From assembly GCA_965637545.1 (NCBI GenBank), contig OZ281494.1, positions 17,546,001 through 17,610,000 on the forward strand: a stretch of DNA of 64,000 nt. The letters run 5' to 3'. This DNA comes from Phallusia mammillata (taxonomy: Eukaryota). Below the pieces are notes generated by a model. It saw only the letters and a list, made by a program, of their open reading frames with translations, searched no databases and had not been told where the DNA came from. The position numbers and the translations under genes were made by a program. Shown piece by piece: positions 12,708-22,800 of the stretch (positions within the stretch are counted from its first letter, which is position 1; the number at the start of each line of letters is the position of its first letter).

Positions 12708-13624
12708 ACTACAAATAAGAAATTTTGACAAGTATATGACGATATGTTTATGTTTTAATATTTTTGGTGTTTGATTTTATTTGTGATATGTATATTTATA
12801 TCAAATTATTGTCCGTCAAACCTACAAAAGCGATATAGATCGAGCCTGTATTTCGTCGCACGGAAATACATACAAATCTGTGGTATTACGGCTAAGGCAG
12901 TCCTTGTGTTCTATAACAGTATGGTCTTGCACATATGCCGGTTACAACATCATCGACTACCATAACAAAGGCCGTGTGGTGTGAAATGTCATTCTTTGGC
13001 AAATATTACTTTAACAACATTGTGTTTGCGCGTTGTGGTTTCTTGTATGCTGGGATAAGTTTCTAGGTAATGCATCATCAATTTTGTTGACGTTTTGTGC
13101 AAACTTAAATCTCTGACACATGCTGGTAAATGTAATCTGTAATCATTTTCCGACACTATTTTAAAGCCGTACCTGTGTTGTAGTTTTGAAAATTTTCTCT
13201 GTTGCTTGTTATTTAATGCTTGTTTTGGGTGATCTTATTGTAGCTTGCATTTTAAAGTGGAAATTGCCTGTTTATAATAAACAAGGTTATCAGCATTTTT
13301 TAGATGTTACGACTGGGCACAAATACCACTCTCCGACAAATCTAACATTTGCAGAGCATTTTTGCGCCAAAGCTTTAGATTGGGGATTAAATTCCTTACA
13401 AAAATTTACAAGTGGTTCACGGGGAATATACTATCTTACATAATCAAACGCCCAACATTAGAGCTTGTGCAACTAAATCCCTCTCTTTTAGCCGAATGAA
13501 CTACAGCAGAAATTAACTACTTTCTGGAATGTGATCAGAGCTGTTTGTCAACTGATTAGAGATTGGGTCGGACAATTTGAGTCGGGTTCAAGTTTTAAGT
13601 TTTTGTAATAAGGACGGTCTTGAG

Positions 13625-13837
13625 CAGTGGTTCTCAAACTTTTTATAGTCGGGCCAAATGGTAGTTTTTTAAGTGTGTAGGGAGCCGCAAACACGAAAAC
13701 CTCAGAAAATCACTAAAGATTATTTCCTTGAAAGCTAAAATAGCAATCTTTGGTGGTTTTCTGAGGTCTGGTGCGAGCCGCAAAATAAGTAGTTGGGAGC
13801 CGCATGCGGCCCTGAGAGTCGCATTTGAGAATCACTG
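13625..13837. mobile_element. hAT-type MITE
   Basis: TIR CAGTGGTTCTCAAA / TTTGAGAATCACTG; perfect TSD GTCTTGAG. Confidence 0.9.
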
Positions 13838-13988
13838 GTCTTGAGCATAAGTTTTTGACACATTTTCGTCGTAATATCTCTTTCTTAGCACGAATATGTA
13901 GGCATATGTGTATGTTGCTTACAACCGAACATTTCGTATACATTCGTTGTTAATGTAGGCCTATCAACCAAATTGTGTCTGCCTAAAC

Positions 13989-14267
13989 CAGTGGTTCTCA
14001 ACCTTTTTTCTTTCGTGGCCCACTTTCATTGCAAAAAAAATTCTGTGGCCCAGTAAATTTTTAAGATAGAAAGAAAACAACTATAAAATAGGTTCAGAAC
14101 AAAAAACAAAACAAAAACATTCCTTCTCAATTCCTCCCCAAGCCATTACTCTTGTAAAATTGAGTGTAGTGACACAAATGAAAGTAAATTCTTAAAAAAA
14201 GCTTTCTATTTGATTGGTCTGTGGCCCAATCAAAATGCTTCCATGGCCCACTGGTTGAGAACCACTG
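13989..14267. mobile_element. hAT-type MITE
   Basis: TIR CAGTGGTTCTCAACC / GGTTGAGAACCACTG; perfect TSD GCCTAAAC. Confidence 0.9.
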
Positions 14268-14559
14268 GCCTAAACTAAGTCTGCGCACATGCTGCTTTTA
14301 AAATAGTTGGGTTTGGGCTGATTGGGTCGGTTTGGGGCTTAAAATGGGATCCGCTTAAAACACTGGTTCCAGGATTACGGTTCCACTTATTTTGTGTGCG
14401 ATCATGGCACTGAGTTTTTGTTACCATGAACTTAACACACTCAGTTGGGCATTAAATAAATAGAGCTTTGGTAGGGATCTATAGAGACATATATGTCTCA
14501 AAAGCAGGTATCCAGTGTAAACATGTTACAATACAGACCTATTTCGATGTCGCCGTAAT

Positions 14560-14836
14560 TTTAATGATTGAGTATTTATTGACGACGGGATTCCAATCCA
14601 TAGATGTATACAGCGTATGGTCTTGATTCTTGAACAGGCTGTTAAAATCTCTTCCGACCAAAACGAGTTGTGTAATTAGTTCCTCGATATTTTTTTAATA
14701 ATTTAACATAAATATCAAAAAGAAAATAGAAATTAGAAATGTGTGAAGCCACCTGCATTGCACCTAAGGGGAAATATTGTTGGCCAACCGGCAGGGCATA
14801 AAATCGTCGAATGCCCAGCCACAATAAACCTTTCAA
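14560..14836 (-). mobile_element. Possible decayed LINE apurinic-endonuclease fragment
   Basis: The minus strand reads ...QLVLVGRDFN..., resembling the APE GDFN motif, but is frameshifted and short. Confidence 0.25.
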
Positions 14837-15117
14837 AAAACGTTAATCAAACTACATGTTGGGTATACATTTTAGCCAACTAGCAGGTGGTATAATCATA
14901 AAGAAGAGACTTTTTTAACCTGGTGGCAACTTGCAAGTTATTATTTTTTAGGTCTAAAGCACAGAATTTGCACCATTGAATGCAACCCAATTGCAAAAGG
15001 CAATTCAGATTGGGTTACCAGATGTCCATAATTTTCCGGACATGGCATAAAATATGTGCCCCGAAATAATTGTTTTAAAAAAAGTCTAACGGTTCGGATT
15101 GTGGGCATCCAATAGAC

Positions 15118-16077
15118 CAGGGCTACTCAAACTTTCTTGTTCTGCGACCCCATTTTAAAACAGAAATTTCTACGCGACCCCTTGATGGGTATGATGTAAA
15201 GAAATACTTATATTTTATATATATACCGTCTTATGTCGCCTGAAAAGCTTAAATTCATTTCTAACTTGATACACAGATTGGCAGTCTTAGTTTTTATGAC
15301 GCCATAATCTATATTGTGACGCTTGCGGTATCTGCTTTTTCGCATTGTTTGTGAACAATAGGCATAAATAAGTCTGGCGCATATGGCTACTAGGCTGGTA
15401 ATACTCTTTTAAGTTCTACAAAATGTGTTTAGAGCAGTTTGAATTAGAGATGTACCGAATATTCGGTTTGCCGAATTTATTCGGCCGAATCGGCCACTTT
15501 TGCAAAGATTCGGTTTCGGCCGAATAATTTGTTGCGATTCGGCCGAAACCGAATCTTTTATGAACACACATTTGAAACGTCAAGCGTGTCTTTCCTGCTT
15601 AGTACCAACGAAAATCCTGTCAGTTATTATATTTTTTACCACATTATCGTTTTCCCCACTGCAGACAACTAAATAGTAATTCATTGCCGGGTTGAAAATT
15701 ATGCTTAAGGCAATGTTAAACCCCACAGAACTGAAATAAGGACGAAACACAACCATTCTGCACTCATTGCCTGGTAGATAAACTTATGTTTTCATGTCAT
15801 ACGCGTACCGTACGACTTCGCGTGACGTCATAAATGATTCGGTTGATTCGGCCGAATTTATTCGGCAAAACCGCCGAATATTCGGTTTCGGCCGAATCGA
15901 AATTTCGCCGATTCGGTACATCACTAGTTTGAATACATGGGAATGATGTTTCAACAATAAATATACGCACGTATACCATTTATTGTGACTCACATAATAA
16001 CCCATAATGTTTCGCGACCCCAAAATTATATTACGCGACCCCAATTGGGGTCGCGACCCACAGTTTGAGAAGCCCTG
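15118..16077. mobile_element. hAT-type MITE carrying a nested MITE
   Basis: TIR CAGGGCTACTCAAACT / AGTTTGAGAAGCCCTG; perfect TSD CAATAGAC. Confidence 0.9.
15445..15926. mobile_element. TAG-terminal hAT-type MITE (482 bp) with TTCGGCCGAA subterminal palindromes
   Basis: TIR TAGAGATGTACCGAAT / ATTCGGTACATCACTA; TSD GTTTGAAT. An inverted copy of the same length lies at 26652-27133. Confidence 0.9.
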
Positions 16078-18407
16078 CAATAGACTACAATACTTTTCAA
16101 ACTGATGAGGATCAGAATGAAAGATCAGAGACAGAGGGAAAAATACCTTACCGAAACGGTCCCCCAAATTTCTCCAGCGGTTTCCCAAAATTTGGACTTG
16201 CAACTACAACTACAGTTTTTGGTATTTAAATGAAACACTTGCGGTCTCTTAAAACTACTTAGCGGTCACCCAAACCAAACCTTAAAAAATCCCTGCCGGT
16301 AGATACACAAAAGCAATCGCTTAGGATTCAAGCCGTTTCAGTTGATAACTTCAATTATGGAATTTACCATTGCTGTTGTGTAATTGCAGTGACCATAATA
16401 CTGTACACCAAATACATTAAAAAGTGATGTTATCTTGACAATTAAACAAACAAGAGAAACTAAGACTAAAAATTTGCCTAAAATAATAAAAAATAACAAG
16501 ACAATTAAATTGACACAAACTCTCAACTATACATGTCATGCAAAGAATAAATACTCAAATCAAATCTGTCATTTGTGCGTGTACATTGCGTTTTGAAAAA
16601 GCGCTTGCCCAAACTTGAAGAACCAATTCACCACACAGTCACGCACTTATCTGAATAACCACCTCTGTTGGGCCAATTACCGCAAGTAGCAAAAAGTGTG
16701 CTTTATATAGCAAGCATACCAACGAAAAGAAGAAAGTATGCCATGTTTTTTTCATTAATTGATTGTATTATCTGTTTTTTGACCACGACACAAGAGTTGA
16801 CACAAGAGTTGGTTCATGACATGGTTAGAATTAGTATAGACGCTGTTTTTTTCTTTGAGAATTTCAAACAGTGTGCTGTGAAAAGTGTCAAATTATGCCG
16901 CAACAATTTTTGGCACAATTCAACACGTTGTGTATTTAATACCTGACTTGAAGACGAGTGTGCATGACAAGCAAAAGCCTCATTGTGTTCTAATTTGAAA
17001 TCAAAGCAGTCGTCCGTTACAGCACATTAAACATTAACTTCTTTGAACGATTTTAAGTTTTCGTAGCCTGCAAATTGTGCCGCAAAATATAGTTTGTTGG
17101 TGTAAATCCAAAAATATCGGAAAATGCTGGTTTGGGTGCTTGATTCCGTGGAAGTATAATTTTTGTGGCCAACAATGTGAATTGCACCTGTACGTGGTGG
17201 TATGTGTCCTCCACAGGTATTTAATGCTAATATTATTATCTCATCCCGAAATGTTTGCGAAAATTTAAAGCTTGCCTAATAACGAAATCAAAATACCAAC
17301 GACCCCGAAGCTAAATTTCTCAGCTTTATGTTAACAGCAGTATGGTTGTAAGCAACATTAATTATTTAAAAAAAAATGGTGGTAGGGATGTTTTAAGTTT
17401 CAAAATAAGCTGTAAATAGTACATCTTAAATCGAAATTTGTTTGGTGACTTCTGTCGATAATCGTTACTAAAAACTCTAAATTTAACGTCAGAATTATGT
17501 GCATGTAAAATTATCAAATTAATATTTTTTTAAACTTTATTAAAAACGTAAATCCAACGATGTTGCGTAAAAAGACCAATAGGTGCAGAATTAAACCGCA
17601 CGCTTCACAATCGGAAGTTCATTGAGACAAGAAGGGTTTTCAACAAAAGAATAAATAAAACAAGCACATTCTTTTCTATAAAGTACCAATCCATGCACTT
17701 ATCTGAACAAGTGCCCGGAGGTGCCACATTACCGCAACCATAGTATTACATTGCTTTGAGCTCATATATAAAGTTTCGGTTTCGGAACAAAATGTTGAAG
17801 AAAAATATTGTATAAATTTGCAATGTACGAAAGAGATTTTTGGTATGATTAAAAATGGTAATGCACTGTTAATTGATTTGTACTACCGATATATTTGTGT
17901 GACTTCTGTGTTCAAATTGCCACTGCATTGATTTGCATGGTCAGCCAAGTGAGTCTTACATAAAACATGCTTTCCCAAGCAATGTTGATTATAATTTATT
18001 ATGTATGTATTGCTTTCATTGTTTAGTTTGATCATGAGCCTTGTATCTATTTCCCTGTTGATTTTCAGCTGTTTCAAATTTAAGCCGTTGCTTGCACTGC
18101 TTTTTTTGCTTTTCTACGCAAAAATCTACGCACGTGGTAAATACACAGGGGCTTTGTAAGCGTATCTGATAATTAAAGCCGGGTACTTAGGGTTCTGGAT
18201 TTTAGTTCCGCTGTTTCCATTAAACAGCAGAACTGTGATTGGAAAACTACAGTATTAAAACAAAAGATTTTATGCGCAGTTTTGCATTGCGGAGGCTTAC
18301 AGTTTGTTTGAGTGTGATAATTGTGATTAATAGAATAAAGAAACTAGTACAGGTAAGTTTTTGTAATCTATACTACCTAAAGTGTGGATAAGAGCACTTG
18401 AAGAAAT

Positions 18408-19008
18408 ATGAGTGTCGTACAAACCAACAAAGAAATGCCTCAACCGTCAAATGTCACTGACGATTATGAAATATCTTCAGAAGAGCAGTTTACTGATCCG
18501 CCGTGCGAAACTGTTGAAAAAGAACGAAAAGGAATCGCAATTACCTCTTCAAGAGGGAGAAACCCTTTTCAATATTTACTCTGTTGTAGAAACAGTAGAA
18601 GTGCTTCTGAGTTACCTAAACGTTTCACCACAGAGCAACGGGTTCTTAAAAAAATTCAAACTGCCGAATATTGCTGGCCGCGAAAGAATGGTGGAAATGC
18701 GTTGTTTCTAGACACATACATTACACCACCTAAATGGAATTTTATTTTTACCAATCGGAAAAATGAAGGTTATCTATTCAACCCAGGCACAATCAAGTAC
18801 ATCAAGGCAAATTCAAGAAAAAATTCACTGAAAATGAAACTCTTAAGTAATCCAAAATCGGCGTTTGTTTTCTTGATTAAAAGGGATAAACAGATCCGCA
18901 GGGTTATATGTGCAACACAAAGAGAGCGGAAAATACTTTGGGGTAAATGGAAGCAATAAGTTCATTCTTGTGGCAAATGCCCAGGCAGGAGTTGAATTCA
19001 ATCATTAA
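18408..19008 (+). pseudogene. Beta-trefoil-like paralogue 4, +1 frameshift
   Basis: Removing one A from the run at 18879-18882 restores ...FLIKGINRSAGLYVQHKESGKYFGVNGSNKFILVANAQAGVEFNH* (stop ends 19008). A sequencing error is not excluded. Confidence 0.75.
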
Positions 19009-19373
19009 ATTGATAACTTTGATTAATCAGATAATGGTTAGTGGTGACTGTGTGAGTTAATAAATTCACAAACATATTTAAATAATATGACATGTGTTCA
19101 TGTTTAGATTTTTTGATACGCTGGCATGGTTTTTGCTTGACATTAGTTATTAATGTGTGAAACACTTTTAGGTCTGCAAGAGACTAGTCCAATGCGTTTT
19201 GCCGTACGGAAATGTATGGAACAGAGTTTCGATTTGGTGTTATTTATACATTAGTATGCACTAGTTACCGTTAGTTCTGCATATCAAAATTTATCCGTTT
19301 CGAAATATGCTTTGGCACATGTATTTAAAATTATGAAGTAATTATAACGTCAAAATTGCTGTTTTAGTTGCAC

Positions 19374-19770
19374 GGTAGAGCCACTAACACAGGAACTCAC
19401 AACACGCCGGTTTGGGTATTTCTGGTAGGTGGCACAACGGAAAATATGCGTTTATGGTGACAATAATTGCTGGGTCAGCAAATTGCAAATTGCTGAGGGC
19501 GGGCATCGCCCAAACGCGGTACGCTCACAATGAGTCCCCCGTCGAGTTGTCTGCTTTTTATTGCAAGTCCGTTGATCACTTTTTATTTAATTTCTTTGAC
19601 TTGAGCAGTTGGTGACTTCAATTTAGTTCTACCCGTCGAGGATCGGGAACCACTGGGTTGGAGCAAAAGCGACCGAGATAGGATTAGAACCCATGACCTT
19701 GTCATCAAAAGGTGCTAAACCACTTGGCCAACTTGGTGTTGTGAGTTCCTGTGTTAGTGTCTTAGTAGCC
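19374..19770. mobile_element. Degenerate copy of the GGTAGAG foldback MITE family (see 49095)
   Basis: Left GGTAGAGCCACTAACACAGGAACTCACAACAC is inverted at 19736 (GTGTTGTGAGTTCCTGTGTTAGTG). Internal TTCTGGTAGGTGGC...GCGTTTATGGTG matches 49151-49190. The right terminus and TSD are unclear. Confidence 0.6.
19669..19733 (-). other. tRNA-derived Pol III promoter (SINE-head-like)
   Basis: Minus strand has A-box TGGCCAAGTGG and B-box GGTTCTAATCC with tRNA-like spacing. No complete cloverleaf was recognised. Confidence 0.5.
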
Positions 19771-20673
19771 TCACTGAGTTGTACCTCAAATTAAAAAATT
19801 CATACAAATCATAAATCTGTGCATTTATTTTGCCACTGACTATTTTTATTACTAGCTGTTTGCTTGTTTTTGACTTACAGTGCTTCCTGTATTGTGTTTG
19901 TACCTTAAGCAGCAAACAAAGTCACAACTCAAAATAAATAAGATGCAACAAAAATGAGTTAAAAAAATTCAGTGGCTTGGAAAAGCAAGAACACTTAAAA
20001 TGCACGTGCAAGTAAACGTCATCTTATTGGTTAGACATGTTTCACTCTCATTGTTGCTGTGCACTACTCTGATACATTTTGAACCGGGAATTTGATCCGA
20101 TTAAGATAATTCGGTTTAGAAATAAAGTAATAGCTCTCTTCCGCTTCAGACCCACATACGAAAGTCACGTCAAAAACAAAACTTTTGAACCCTATAAGCT
20201 AAACAAGTTTGAGCAAAATATCAGTAAAAGTTTTTTTTTTCGCTAAGCGACTTCAAACTTAAAGAAAAATGCATTGATTGCCTTGCAAGCATTAGGTAAC
20301 TTCAACAAGAAATGTGGGAGTGTCATTGCTGCATCATAACCGAGTTTCGCGTGTTTCATTTAGATGACAAAAGCCCGATACCAACAGCTCTGAAAATTAA
20401 ATACTCTGTTTTGAATTAACGTCAGTAGAAAGCAACAGTAATTAGAAAAAAACGATCAGCATCCAAAGGTTTTATGTGCATAGGTCAGGAAGTTTTGCGT
20501 ATTAAGCTGTAAACATGACATTTATGCGAAGCAGTATACCTGCAAAAATGATCAGTTGCTTAGTATTGACTTACCGCTGTAACCTTGCAATACAGCAACA
20601 CATTGAGATAATAGAAAAACTGTATTTAATTTTCAGATTCACTGTCTAGATTACGGGTAAAAACATTAAAAAA

Positions 20674-21273
20674 ATGAGCGACGTGGAGTCCGACATTAAA
20701 TTGCCTCGACCATCTAAAAGTACTGACGAGCAAGAAACTTGAGCAAAAGAGCAGTCACTTGATCCGGTCGGCAAACCTGATCAAATGTCCGCAATAACTA
20801 CCAATATAACGCTAGGGGCAAGACGTCCTTGGCAATTTTTACTGTGTTGTGAAAACAAAACTGCTGTTACTGAATTAATTGGCAACATGACAGCAGAAAA
20901 GCGGATTCTTCAAAAAGCTTACACATCTGAATATTGCTGGCCGCGTCCTAATAGAAATGCATTGTTCTTGGATGTTTACACGACAGCACCTACATGGAAC
21001 TTTATTTTAACCAGCGAAGTAGGGAATGAAGGTATCTTACAAGACCCAGACACTTCCAAATGGGTCCAAGCAAATCCCAGCCGAAATTCTTTACGAATGA
21101 AATCCATTACTTATAGTCCGCTCTCAGCGTTTACTTTTTCGATACACGGAATAAGTACGTTCCAAAACGTATTTGTGCAACATAAACAAAGTGGAAAATA
21201 CGTTGGGGTCAACAGTAGAAATCAGTTTATTCTTGTGGCAAACATCAGCGCAGCGGTGGAATTTAATCACTAA
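20674..21273 (+). pseudogene. Beta-trefoil-like paralogue 5; nonsense at codon 23, downstream 162-aa ORF intact
   Basis: The homologous start MSDVESD at 20674 hits TGA at 20740-20742 (Cys TGT in paralogues 1/3). An in-frame ATG at 20785 gives RRPWQFLLCC plus the full domain. Confidence 0.7.
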
Positions 21274-21959
21274 ACTTATAGCTCAAGTTTATTTGGTGGT
21301 TTTATTAACGTATAATTGGGAGTTTTAAAAAAATATTTGATGCCTATATTTTGCATTAACATTAACAATTACACTATTACATTATACGCGTGTACAGTGT
21401 ACCGCAGTTTAAACGTTCCGAGTCATTTCTAACAGATCATAGAAGGTCAGGCATGCAATATGCGAAGCCTACGCCTGCCACACGGAAATGCATGGAAGTG
21501 CGGTTTGATTTGGTACCACGACTCTTGCAAGTCTTGTGTACTTTGATTTTTACAATAATTTAACGATTTTGTATGTTGGTTATTTCAGAGCTTTTCCCAG
21601 TTATTTTATAATTGCCCATATATGTATTTGTATGTATGTATATTTTCCCTTTGGTTTTGAAGTGAATGTTTTAGAGTTCTATCTTGCACATTTAACCAGA
21701 AATTTAGAATAAACAAACTCGTCGGCAAATTTCTAATGGCAAATGACACAAAAGACTCTGGCTTTGACTTGGTTAATATGTTATAGAGGCGGGGTTGATA
21801 GAATACCGTGCCTAAAGCACAGTGCGTTTATACCGCTACGGTTGCCAGTCACAATGACCTGTGGCGATTTATTCGGCTGCTTGATCCTGCATAAAGACAG
21901 CAAATTAAACCACGGTTTTGTAAGATAGATAAACATTACTTAATGCGTTAGCTAAGCGT

Positions 21960-22450
21960 GAATGACCTAATTAGTGAACTATAATTAATGCATGTTTAAC
22001 TGCGATGACCGTATATGTCATCCGCTTTGCAATGGTCGCCCTGAGCGTGCAGAGTTTAGCCAAAGTGCTTAAGTGGCATATCTTCACGCAGTGCTCGTTA
22101 GGTCCTAACGTGAAGCATGAATTCTACACCTACACTGTAATCGTCCAACAAAGCTTCAGTAAGGATTGTGTGACGTCATAACAGCGCATTGTGGTCTTGT
22201 ATTGCATTGCATGTTTAGGTGTGTGACAGTGATTGCTAGGACTGCCCGTCTTGTACATTTTCTTCCGGTTCCAAAAACGTTTGGTGAGCTTTGGGTTGCA
22301 TTTCAAAATTTAAAGCGCAGTGTTTATTGCAATGTTTTTATGTAGACACCATATTTTACGTTTTCAATCGTCTCTGCGATTACAACCCCTATCTGTGTGG
22401 AGAGTTTGTTCAAGACCTATAGGAGGCGTGTGGCGTTCCGCTTACGAGAC
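21960..22450 (+). mobile_element. Diverged LTR relic related to the BEL/Pao LTR at 38044
   Basis: Collinear matches by eye, e.g. ATATGTCATCCGCTTTG, GTGCTTAAGT, TGTGTGACGTCATAA, ATGTTTAGGTGTG, TTTAAAGCGCAGTGT, TCTGTGTGGA. Boundaries approximate. Confidence 0.6.
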
Positions 22451-22759
22451 GGTAGGTAAGATTGGTTATCTAATATAATTTGTCCATATTATTTGCCGGT
22501 GATTGCTGATTTTTATTATTTCCTAACTGCAACATGTGTTTTAATCAATTAACCGCAATGTAGTTTAGTTTTTTTCGTTTCTGGCTTGCATGAGGCACTG
22601 TGCAACGTCGGTTGCATTCAAAAGGCGTTTTTTATGCGATAACTCCACGTGAAGAGTGACTGCTACGCATATGCTGTTTCCAAACATAGCTTTGGTGTGT
22701 GACAGAAATTGCTGGGAGTATACCCTTGTTGTTGTTTTCTTCCGGATTCCAAAATTTCA

Positions 22760-22800
22760 TGTAACGTCCCGTTAACGCGCTCCGGTTGTAGGCGCGGAAC
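22760..22800 (-). mobile_element. 3' end of a BEL-family LTR (inverted), split by the MULE and continuing at 26332-~26370
   Basis: TGTAACGTCCCGTTAACGCGCTCCGGTTGTAGGCGCGGAAC + GTCACACGAGGGGAAATTGAAACGCG closely matches the reverse complement of the LTR end at 38875-38943. Confidence 0.75.
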
